DNA from: an uncultured cyanobacterium
Lineage (GTDB): Bacteria; Cyanobacteriota; Cyanobacteriia; Phormidesmidales; Phormidesmidaceae
Length of the DNA stretch: 64,000 nt
Reading direction: 5' to 3'
Assembly (NCBI GenBank): GCA_963793265.1
Contig: CAWBZI010000006.1
Coordinates: 96,001 to 160,000, forward strand
In this document: positions 44,001 through 52,817 of the stretch, in pieces
How positions within the stretch are numbered: the first letter of the stretch is position 1
How the letters are laid out: the number at the start of each line of letters is the position of its first letter
Made by a program: the position numbers and the translations under genes
Notes under the pieces: generated by a model
Databases searched by the model: none
The model's input: only the letters and a program-made list of their open reading frames with translations
Told to the model about the DNA's origin: nothing

Positions 44001-45261
44001 AGGATTCTCGAATCGCTTTACTGATTTGATAGCCGCCATCAACTTTGGTAAAAAAGCGCTGGCGGCGCTCAGGAATAACGCCGCTGAGCTGGTTTTCGGT
44101 ATAGATGCCTTTGCGCGCAACGTTAACCACGTCTTCGTTGACATCAGTACCAAATATTTGAATAGAGAGATTGATATTTTGGCTGTAGAGATATTCGCTC
44201 AGGGCGATCGCAATCGAATAGCACTCCTGCCCAGTTGAGCAGCCTGCCACCCAAATCCGAATAGAGGCATCAAGTCCTTTTTGCTCAACGAGCGTCGGAA
44301 AGATAGTCTCTTTTAAGAAAACGAACGTGTCAGGATCGCGAAAAAAGCTTGTCACCGAGATCAGCACGTCGCGGTGGAGCGCTCTGATCTCAGCCGGGTC
44401 TTGCTTTAAAAGCTTGACGTAGCTCTCAACCGAATTCTTTTGGTAAAGTGCCATGCGCCGCTGCATTCTGCGCTCAAACGTGGCCCGCTTGTACTGACTA
44501 AAGTCGGTACCCGTCGCAGCTCGTAGCAGCGAATAAACCATCGAGAGATCGGCAGTGCTCGTAGACTCTGGCGCGTCTGGCAACAGCTCAGGTGAAGGAT
44601 CTGCAAAAGGATCTGTTGCGGGGACGGGTTGGTCTGGTTGAGGCGTTGGAACGGCTTGAGAAACGTAGGGATGCTGAACAATGTCAATCAGCTTGCGGCC
44701 AATTTCAGCAGGCGACAAAATGAAGTCAACAAACCCAGTCTCCACGGCGGTATTTGGCATTTCGCCATACTCAGCAGAATCTTGAGTTTGGGCAAAGGTA
44801 ATGCCGCCTGCCTGCTTAATTAGCTCTAGCCCACGCGCACCGTCACCGTCTAACCCTGAGAGCACTACACCGATGGCGCGGTTGCGGTAGGCGGCGGCTA
44901 AAGATGTCATGAAAATGTCGATTGACATAAAGGGGCGATCGCTAGCCTCTCTCGGCGCAAGCTGAAGGCGATCTTCAACAATCGTCATCCGCGCGTTTGG
45001 CGGAATCACATATACATGGCCGGGCTCTATTACCTGATCGTGCGTCGCTTCTTGAACGCTCAGCGCCGTCTCGCGCGCTAGGATTTGGCTGAGCATACTT
45101 GGCGCGTCGGCCCCCAAATGCTGCACGACAATCACAGCTAGATTCGTATCTGCGCTCAGCTCGCGTAATAGCGCCGAGCAAGGCTTAATTCCACCGGCAG
45201 ATGCGCCTACTGCAACGACAGAGAAGGCTCGCAAATTCTGATCTGGGGGCAAATCAGACAT
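41058..45261 (-). CDS. CheB-CheR-PAS hybrid sensor histidine kinase with C-terminal REC domain; apparent frameshift near 41240
   Basis: CheB GASAGG/QH/GLDGDG; Che[29 protein letters not shown] coiled coil; [35 protein letters not shown] continues in ORF 41058-41246 (LIEWVR..IALTGY..KP). Confidence 0.9.
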
Positions 45262-45371
45262 GAAGATTGATCCTGGAATACTAGCGAGAGTATTCTATCA
45301 ATCCGTGTGGGGGTGATCGCAAATTCGGTAATAATTGTCACGTTGGCGGGAACATCTGTGATGCGAGCGTG

Positions 45372-45429
45372 GGGGTGGCGCGCAGTGACGGGGTGGGTCG
45401 GCCGTGTGAAACCAGCCAACACCCACCCC
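45372..45429. repeat. Partial copy of the 39.7-kb dispersed repeat, forming a hairpin
   Basis: GGGGTGGCGCGCAG(T/C)GACGGGGTGGGTC matches 39806-39833 at 27/28; ACCCACCCC at 45421-45429 can pair with GGGGTGGGT. Confidence 0.75.
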
Positions 45430-45437
45430 TGCCGCAA

Positions 45438-47153
45438 TTAAGCTGGCGTGCTCATCTCATCTCCTGTAATAAAGGGATTGCCGTCTGTAACCGGGTTCCA
45501 ATTAGCAAAGGGGTTGCCGCCGCCAAAGCCGCTCATACCGCCACCAGCACCGCCGCCAAAGGGATTTTCACCGCCCATGCCGCCGCCCATGCCGCCGCCC
45601 AGATTGCCAAAGATATCTTCGACGCCATTAACGCCCTCGATATCTAGCAATACGCCGAACGGACTCTGGCGCAACAGACCTTCCAAGTCACCATCGCCCA
45701 TACCAGATCCCGCGTCAGAACCCATATCAGCACCAGGAATAGCACCAGCGCCGCCACCGAAGGGATTACCCCCGCCGCTGCCAACAGGGTTGCCCATGCC
45801 GTCAGTACCATCGCCAATGCCATCACCAAAGTCGATCGGGCCCATCTCAGGCGCGCCGTTAGGTGAGGTTAGTTCATCCATTGAGAACGGCAGATCGATA
45901 GGAACTGAGCTGGCCGCGCCAGTACTGCCTGCAATGTCACCGAAGTTGAAGGCAGAATTGGTCATTGATGGGTTGCTAACAAGGGTTAGGCTGCCGTCTT
46001 CGCCTGTGGCAATGTAGCGATCGCCATTGCCAACAAACGAACCACCGCTCTGGCCAGCAACAAAGTTGTTGCCGCTAATATCGTTGTCGCTGCCGCTTAC
46101 CTGGTTAGCGTTGCCGTTAATCGTGTTGCCATCGCCGGTTGGACGGTTGCCGCTGCCAGTGACAGCGTTGTTGTCGCCCAGATTCCAATTACCGCTGCCT
46201 TCAGTGCTGTTACCTTCGCCAAAGAACCAGTTACCGTTGCCGTCAGACTCATTGCCGTCGCCAAAGAACCAGTTGCCGTTGCCGTTAGCAGTGTTGCCGC
46301 TGCCAGTTGGATTCATGGCTGTATCAGGTAAATCGCCTTCAGGGAGTGGCCCAGACATCATGCCGCCGCTGCCGCCGCCTGAGAAGAAGGGATTGTTGCC
46401 ACCGATGCTATCTAGTGACGGCATTCCTGCGCTATCACCACCACCAAACGGATTACCACCTGCACCGCCACCTGAGAGCTGAGAGATATCAAACGGAATG
46501 CTATCTGAACCCGAGAGCATCCAGTTGCCATTGCCGTTGTCGGTGTTGCCTTCACCAAAGTCTGTACTCATGCCGCTGAACGGGTTGCCGCCACCAGCTC
46601 CGCCACCAAACGGATTACCACCGCCTGCGCCGCCGCCACCGAACGGGTTGCCGCCACCTGCGGGCGCTTCGCCGTCTGCCGACTCACCACCGCCAAAGGG
46701 ATTGCCACCACCGGCTCCGCCGCCGAATGGGTTGCCGCCGCCTGCGCCACCGCCAAACGGATTACCACCGCCTGCGCCGCCACCGCCGAACGGATTGCCG
46801 CCACCTGCGGGTGCTTCGCCGTCTGCTGACTCACCGCCGCCAAAGGGATTACCGCCACCAGCACCACCGCCGAACGGATTACCGCCACCTGCGCCGCCGC
46901 CAAACGGATTACCACCGCCTGCGGGTGCTTCACCGTCTGCTGACTCACCGCCGCCGAACGGGTTGCCGCCACCGGCTCCGCCGCCAAAGGGGTTGCCACC
47001 GAACGGGTTGCCGCCTTCGCCGTCGGCTGCGCCGAAAATATCTTCTAGGCTATCGATGCCAGGTAAACCGATGAGATCGTCAAAAGGAGACGGGCCAGAA
47101 GGTATTCCAGAAGACATATCAGAGGTTTCTGTTGCTGTTGTCGTATCAGCCAT
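45438..47153 (-). CDS. Uncharacterised acidic Gly/Asn-rich repeat protein (GGNPF repeats plus putative beta-roll)
   Basis: 571-aa ORF with ATG start, co-oriented with its neighbours; repeat copies differ mainly at third codon positions in this frame. Confidence 0.8.
   Translation of the reverse strand: MADTTTATETSDMSSGIPSGPSPFDDLIGLPGIDSLEDIFGAADGEGGNPFGGNPFGGGAGGGNPFGGGESADGEAPAGGGNPFGGGAGGGNPFGGGAGGGNPFGGGESADGEAPAGGGNPFGGGGAGGGNPFGGGAGGGNPFGGGAGGGNPFGGGESADGEAPAGGGNPFGGGGAGGGNPFGGGAGGGNPFSGMSTDFGEGNTDNGNGNWMLSGSDSIPFDISQLSGGGAGGNPFGGGDSAGMPSLDSIGGNNPFFSGGGSGGMMSGPLPEGDLPDTAMNPTGSGNTANGNGNWFFGDGNESDGNGNWFFGEGNSTEGSGNWNLGDNNAVTGSGNRPTGDGNTINGNANQVSGSDNDISGNNFVAGQSGGSFVGNGDRYIATGEDGSLTLVSNPSMTNSAFNFGDIAGSTGAASSVPIDLPFSMDELTSPNGAPEMGPIDFGDGIGDGTDGMGNPVGSGGGNPFGGGAGAIPGADMGSDAGSGMGDGDLEGLLRQSPFGVLLDIEGVNGVEDIFGNLGGGMGGGMGGENPFGGGAGGGMSGFGGGNPFANWNPVTDGNPFITGDEMSTPA
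46578..47015 (-). repeat. Coding tandem repeat: 13 GGNPF units with 3 ESADGEAPA spacers
   Basis: Counted in the translation; degenerate at DNA level. Confidence 0.95.
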
Positions 47154-47363
47154 AAAAATTTAGCCTAAATTATTACATTGGACTGTAGTAATTTAGGTCG
47201 GCTGACAGAGAAAGGTAATGAGAAAAGTTTTGATCGCGCTGTTGTTTCTTTCGGAATCTATAGACAACGGTTTGACTGTCTGAAAAGATACAGAACAACA
47301 GCGCAAATTGAGTATGCGTTTGGTGGTATGTTCCAACACGCGATACTAAAGCACAGACATTCT

Positions 47364-48221
47364 CTAAGCACTCAGCCTTTCAGAAGACACTTGAGAGAAG
47401 TCTTGAGAAGGCATCTGAGTAGATTCTTGAGATGCTGAAGGTCTAGAGCGCTGCTCTTTTCTCCAGGCTTGAGGAGACTGGTTATGGTGCTTGCGAAACT
47501 GTCTTGAAAAGTGACAGGCGTGCTGGTAGCCTACCAAAGAAGCCACATCTTCTATTTTGTGGTTACTTTCTTGCAGCAGCTCTCTAGCCGCAAGCATTCG
47601 GCGTTCAACAATCCAACGGTTTACGGTACGGCCCGTGCGATCGCCCACCTGACTGGTCAAATACGCGGGAGAATATCCCACTGCCTGAGCAACTTCTGGC
47701 AAGGTAATCGGCTTATGATAGTTCGCCTCAATAAAATCAAACACTGGCTGAAGCGCCCCGGCTTCTGGGAAAATGGGATGCTTCAGCGCTGCAATGTTTT
47801 GAGCAGGCTCCTCAACACTCGAATATTTAGAGGCATAGCAGCTTTCAAGCCGCTCGCGCTTCTGGATTTGCGCGGTGATTGCCCTCAGTACTTCTGGCAT
47901 AGAAGACGGCTTAGTGAGATAGTCGTCTACGCCGAGCTGCATTCCACGGCGAATCTCTTCAGAAGATCGCTTAGCCGTTAAGAAAACAACTGGAATTAAG
48001 GCAGTCGAAGGCTCTTTTCTCAGCGCAGAAAGCACGCTGTAGCCGTCCATTGCCGGCATCATAATGTCGCAGACAACCAGGCTGGGCAAATGCTGCTGAG
48101 CAAGCTGAATGCCCATAGCTCCATTAGCTGCGCCAATTGCCTCAAACCCTTCTGCACCTAAGCAGTCTATAAAAATCTCTCTTGTTGAGGTTTCGTCGTC
48201 GATAACTAAAACTTGCTTCAT
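47364..48221 (-). CDS. Response regulator, REC plus AraC HTH
   Basis: VIDDE, CDIMMP, FLTA, TKP; ITLPEVAQAVGYSPAYL...VGYQHACHFSRQFRK. Same architecture as the scytonemin regulator Npun_F1278. Confidence 0.9.
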   Translation of the reverse strand: MKQVLVIDDETSTREIFIDCLGAEGFEAIGAANGAMGIQLAQQHLPSLVVCDIMMPAMDGYSVLSALRKEPSTALIPVVFLTAKRSSEEIRRGMQLGVDDYLTKPSSMPEVLRAITAQIQKRERLESCYASKYSSVEEPAQNIAALKHPIFPEAGALQPVFDFIEANYHKPITLPEVAQAVGYSPAYLTSQVGDRTGRTVNRWIVERRMLAARELLQESNHKIEDVASLVGYQHACHFSRQFRKHHNQSPQAWRKEQRSRPSASQESTQMPSQDFSQVSSERLSA

Positions 48222-48353
48222 GTTTTTTACAAAAATAATGTAGTGCGTACCTAAAATCTGACTGTTTATCTGCTCGCTGTATTTGCTGACTATAATTGTC
48301 TGTCAGCAGTCCGCCTGGTTGTCACAAAACTTGCTGGTTACAAAACTTGTTGG

Positions 48354-49829
48354 CTAGGGAACGGGTAAGATGGGCGATCGCATCACTGGCAAAACCACCT
48401 TTATCCGAGTGCCCTCACCCAGCTCGCTAAAGAGCTTTACCTGCCCGCAAAGCGCCTCCGAAAGCGCCTTAACTAGCGTAAGACCGATGCCAATACCTTC
48501 GACATCACCTATGTTACTGCCCCGATAAAAGGGCTCGAACACATGCTCTCGCTCTGCGGGTAAAACGCCAATACCAGTATCGTGCACCTGCAAAGTCATA
48601 CTATCTTCTGCTTCGATTAAGATTACTTTAACTAGGCTTGAGCTAGAGTATTGACTAGCATTCTCTAATAGCTGTATTAGGATTGCTTTCAACAGGCTTT
48701 CGTATACATAGTTAGCATCAGCACTAACTGCGCCCGACAAAGCTACATTTAAAGAAGTTGCATTTAAGGCAACAAAGGTGTGTTGTTTATAAGCGGTCTT
48801 AAAATTTTCTACCAGATCGCAGCAAACTTTATATGGGTCTATGGTTGTAATTTTGTCGGCAGATAGCGGGTCTTTATAGGCCGACAAGCCTCGCCCTTCG
48901 ACCATGCCGATTTGAGCAATCTCTTCTAACCGACTAATGCATTTATTTATCTGGTTAAAGGCGGCCTTAACCTGGCCGAGATACTTTTTCTTTCGGCTTT
49001 CGCTCCACTGACCGTAGTATCTTTCGATTAAACCAGAGGTCATCGAAACCACGTTTAGCGAGCTAAGGGAGCGGTGAATAATTTGAGCCGTGAGCTGGAG
49101 CTTTTTCTGGGTGATCGCCTCGGTCGATACCATCTGCTGATACAGATAGTCACGCTGGTACTTAAGCCTAACAGCATCAGATTCAAGCGTTACCACCGAA
49201 GGGCTAGACGCCACTTTTGGCTCAGCCGTATCTTTCGACTCAATATATCCCCACAGCCTGCCAGCTACTTTTCCATCGATATGAAGTGACTGAAATCCCT
49301 GCTCAAACACACGACCGTCAGCTAGCCTCACGGCCGTTACTCCGGCTGCTAGTGGCTGAGCGGCTATCTGCTCTACGCATTTGTAAAAGCCTTTTGGACT
49401 ATTCACTCGGGTTTTAAAACAGTCAACATAATCGCTGAACTGACGGGTGGATAAAACAGAATGAGGAAGCTGCCACAGGGTTACGATCGCCGGATTGAAA
49501 TATTCAACTTGTCCCGACAGGCTGACTGCAATCAGGCCAACCTGTGTCATGTGAATGGCGCGATGAACAGCCGCCTTATCAACAGAAGAGACTCTAAAGA
49601 GCGTTAGGTTATCTTCTGTTTCGGCCTCTAAGATTTGTCTTTTATTTTGGCAATATTGTCTTTTTTTACTGAAGTTTTCTAGATAGTTGTTTTTTTGAAC
49701 AAAATGTTCTAATGGTGAACTTTCCTCCTGCAGTAAATAACTGACTAGCTGAAACGTTTGCTCAAACTGCCAGAAGTCTGCAAGTTCTCTCCGTTGTTGG
49801 ATAATCACGCTATGCTTTGGGCAATGCAA
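48354..49829 (-). CDS. PAS-domain sensor histidine kinase with degenerate H-box
   Basis: PAS-like segment (DGRVFEQ...VAGRLWGY), IIHRSLSSLNVV, LLENASQYS, DTGIG, FEPFYRG, GIGIGL; start uncertain. Confidence 0.8.
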   Translation of the reverse strand: MHCPKHSVIIQQRRELADFWQFEQTFQLVSYLLQEESSPLEHFVQKNNYLENFSKKRQYCQNKRQILEAETEDNLTLFRVSSVDKAAVHRAIHMTQVGLIAVSLSGQVEYFNPAIVTLWQLPHSVLSTRQFSDYVDCFKTRVNSPKGFYKCVEQIAAQPLAAGVTAVRLADGRVFEQGFQSLHIDGKVAGRLWGYIESKDTAEPKVASSPSVVTLESDAVRLKYQRDYLYQQMVSTEAITQKKLQLTAQIIHRSLSSLNVVSMTSGLIERYYGQWSESRKKKYLGQVKAAFNQINKCISRLEEIAQIGMVEGRGLSAYKDPLSADKITTIDPYKVCCDLVENFKTAYKQHTFVALNATSLNVALSGAVSADANYVYESLLKAILIQLLENASQYSSSSLVKVILIEAEDSMTLQVHDTGIGVLPAEREHVFEPFYRGSNIGDVEGIGIGLTLVKALSEALCGQVKLFSELGEGTRIKVVLPVMRSPILPVP

Positions 49830-50283
49830 CCGACATTAAATAGCTGGGCTCGTAAAAAGCCCATAGTATGTTCAAAGTTCAAAATTTACCAGTCACTTCT
49901 TATGTATTTTGTTGTGCGTTTTGTGGCTGCTCAAGTGTCAGCAACAACTCGAGATTGCTGAAAACAGGAGCGTATGGAGCGAAATCTTGTTCGCTATAGC
50001 CTTAAACTTATAGGGAGCCGTGGCGTCTAGAGAAAATGCTTAAACCGACGATTTTTTTATTGCCACCTAGTCCCTACACCACTGCTTTCAAATATCCGTT
50101 GCCTATAGCTATCAACGGATAAACTCAATGATGTCAAATGTAAATTTATATTATGCAAATATCATAAAGTAGATTCAGCTAGATTGCACGTTCGTTTCAT
50201 TACATCTTTATGTTGTCTTCAGCAGAATATTAGCTGTGGCCTACCAAACCCAGTAATTTTACGAACTTTGCTTTTCCGCAAAT

Positions 50284-51372
50284 TCACTGTTGAGCGCGTA
50301 AAAACACGCTTAAGCTCTCGATAACGTAGTTACTTTCACTTAGCGCTCTATTATTTTCTGATGCAAACGTGCTACTGGCCGCTTCAAAAACTTCTTGTAG
50401 GGCCGCTGTTTGTCCGGCTGCGACTAAGCGAGCGAGGTGGCCGTAGGTTTGGGCTAGGCGAGTGATCGTGTCGCGGCAGTCGCCGCTATTGAGCATAATT
50501 TCTAGGCAAAGCGTTGGCTTTTGGCCCAGCAAACGGCTGACCTGGTTGAGCATGAGCCGGTAGAGGGGGCTCGCTAGCGCTAAAGACTGTGCAATATCAG
50601 ACTTTTCTTGCGAGAGGAAAACGCCTACGCCCAACGCCGAGAAGTACCGCATGGCCTGAACCGTAGCCATCGTTGTATCGTGGTCGTCAGGGCTGCAACT
50701 GCTTAGGCAAGCGCCACTGGCACTCATCAAATCGAGCAGCCAGCTAAAAGCATTTGGGTAGCGGCCCTGGCACACCACCACATTTTGAGACAAAAAGGAC
50801 TGGGTACCAGGGCCAAACATAGGATGCAGGCCCAGTACCGGGCCCACATGATAGCTGAGCATCGCCGCAACCTCTGAGGATTTAGTGCTGGTAAGATCAG
50901 CGATCGCACACCCCGGAGACAGGTACCTAACAGCCCGCCTTACCACCATTTCTACCTGCGCAGTCGGCACACAAATCAGCACCAAATCTACATTTGTCAA
51001 TAGCTGCTCGGCCTGAGCCCAGTCCTGACGGCCTAATGTGCTGACGAAGTGCCCGGCCTGAATAAGCTGCCGGGCAAAGAACTGTCCCATTTGACCACTG
51101 CCACCGATCAAAGTGATCTTTTTAGGCCGCGTTTGGCTGGGCGTTTGGCCGGGCGTGCGGGCAGCAGCCATACATGATGTATGGAGAGAACGCCATACGA
51201 AGTCAGGGACACTAGCGCCTGCAAGAATCTGTTCGGGCGGAGTTTCGACAGATAGAGACGGATTTTGTGCCAAAAGAGAGATGCGATCGCCTAATAGCTG
51301 AACCAGCTTGTCGTCAATTTCTTGCAGTTGACTGATTGTTTGAATTTGGGCGGGTAGTTGAGTAGAGTGCAC
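50284..51372 (-). CDS. tyrA: Chorismate mutase / prephenate dehydrogenase
   Basis: IDDKLVQLLGDR (short CM-like part), IGGSGQMG, DLTSTK, LHPMFGP, HDTTMATVQA. Confidence 0.88.
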   Translation of the reverse strand: MHSTQLPAQIQTISQLQEIDDKLVQLLGDRISLLAQNPSLSVETPPEQILAGASVPDFVWRSLHTSCMAAARTPGQTPSQTRPKKITLIGGSGQMGQFFARQLIQAGHFVSTLGRQDWAQAEQLLTNVDLVLICVPTAQVEMVVRRAVRYLSPGCAIADLTSTKSSEVAAMLSYHVGPVLGLHPMFGPGTQSFLSQNVVVCQGRYPNAFSWLLDLMSASGACLSSCSPDDHDTTMATVQAMRYFSALGVGVFLSQEKSDIAQSLALASPLYRLMLNQVSRLLGQKPTLCLEIMLNSGDCRDTITRLAQTYGHLARLVAAGQTAALQEVFEAASSTFASENNRALSESNYVIESLSVFLRAQQ

Positions 51373-51395
51373 AGAAATTCCATCCTCACAGATTC

Positions 51396-52817
51396 TTATT
51401 TATAGGCAGGCGTCTTAAGGGTTTTGGACACTGAGGGCGTTTGTAAATGGTTAAGCAGCACTTGAAAAACGTCGGTGGCCTGAAGGGGCCAACTTGCGTC
51501 CTGCGCTGCGAGCAAATTAGAACGTGTCATCAGCAGCGGCCAGTCTTTTTGACTCGCAGGCCGATGACCATGAGAACCCTTGACCAAATCAGCTTCTAAA
51601 GGAATCACATCCATTAGATACCGAAAGCCCAACTGCTTTTGCAGCAGCTTTTTTGCAATCTTCAGCTTCGGCTGCTTCAGGGCCGGGTCAACAAAAAGCT
51701 CTACCGGGTCATAGCCAGGCTTGCGGTGAATATCAACCGTACGGGCAAAGTCGGGCGCTTTGCTATTCTCTTGCCAGTAGTAGTAGGTAAACCAGGCGTC
51801 AGGAGCGGCGATCGCCACCAGTTCTCCAGCGCGTGAATGGTCAAGCCCATGTTCTCTTTTACCGGCCTCGTCTAGCACTTGTGCCACGCCAGGAGTTGCC
51901 TCAAGCAGCCGACGCACCTCATCCACTCGCCCCTCATCTTTTACATACACATGCGCAAGCTGATGATCAGCCACCGCAAACGCCTGACTCATCCCCGCAT
52001 CTAGCAGCTCACGCCCCAGCTCCTCACGAATGCTAATTAATCCGGCATCACGCAGCACCCGGTTGAGATGCACTGGTTGAGAAACGGGCGTAATGCCGTA
52101 TTCAGAAAGCACAATCACCTGCGCGCCTTTGGCCTCGTAGTAGTCGATCAAATCGCCACAGACCGCATCAATCTCGCCTAAATCCGCGGCGATTTGCTCG
52201 GGCTCACAGCCGACTTTTTGCAGGCAATAGTCCAGGTGCGGTAGGTAAATGAGCGTCAGGGTGGGCGAATGCAGGGCTTCTACCTGCTTGGCCGCATCAG
52301 CAATCCACTGGCTAGATTCGACTGAGGTCGCAGGCCCCCAGAATTTGAAGAGCGGGAACTGGCCGAGGTTGGTTTGGAGGTGCGATCGCAGCTCGGCAGG
52401 CTGCGTGTAAATATCAGGCAGTTTGCGGCCATCGGCAGGATACATGGGCCGAGGCGTGACAGTGTAGTCGGCTGAGGAGTACATGTTGTACCACCAAAAC
52501 AGATTCGCGCAGGTAAAGGTAGGGTCGAGCTTTTTAGCCGCGTCCCAAATTTTAGGAGCCTGCACCAGTGCGTTAGACTGTCGCCAAAATTTGACCTCGC
52601 ACTCATCACGGAAGTACCAGCCATTGGCAACAATGCCGTGTTCGCTAGGCGATTTGCCCGTGAGGTAGGTGGACTGGGCCGTGCAGGTGACAGCCGGGAG
52701 AGCTGGGGCGATCGCGCTTTGATGGGCCTGATTTCGCCACTTCAAGAGCGCGGGGGTGTGCGGGCCGATCAGGCGATCGGTGAGGCCGACCACGTTAATG
52801 ACAACTGTTTTTTGCAT
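51396..52817 (-). CDS. eboF: EboF, alkaline phosphatase / nucleotide pyrophosphatase family
   Basis: VVINVVGL, PAVTCTAQSTYLTG, HGIVANGWY, VDIHRKPGYDPVELF, KGSHG. Confidence 0.9.
   Translation of the reverse strand: MQKTVVINVVGLTDRLIGPHTPALLKWRNQAHQSAIAPALPAVTCTAQSTYLTGKSPSEHGIVANGWYFRDECEVKFWRQSNALVQAPKIWDAAKKLDPTFTCANLFWWYNMYSSADYTVTPRPMYPADGRKLPDIYTQPAELRSHLQTNLGQFPLFKFWGPATSVESSQWIADAAKQVEALHSPTLTLIYLPHLDYCLQKVGCEPEQIAADLGEIDAVCGDLIDYYEAKGAQVIVLSEYGITPVSQPVHLNRVLRDAGLISIREELGRELLDAGMSQAFAVADHQLAHVYVKDEGRVDEVRRLLEATPGVAQVLDEAGKREHGLDHSRAGELVAIAAPDAWFTYYYWQENSKAPDFARTVDIHRKPGYDPVELFVDPALKQPKLKIAKKLLQKQLGFRYLMDVIPLEADLVKGSHGHRPASQKDWPLLMTRSNLLAAQDASWPLQATDVFQVLLNHLQTPSVSKTLKTPAYK

Noticed and set aside
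46578..47015. Regular DNA repeats suggesting a CRISPR array
   Set aside because: Units vary at third codon positions, there are no unique spacers and no cas genes; this is a coding Gly/NPF repeat.
45448..47163. Plus-strand Pro-rich ORFs (45448-46017, 46027-46482, 46498-47163) and the alternative-frame ORF 46568-46999
   Set aside because: Shadows of the Gly-rich minus-strand gene (GGN codons read as CCN); they are fragmented, while the minus-strand frame is continuous.
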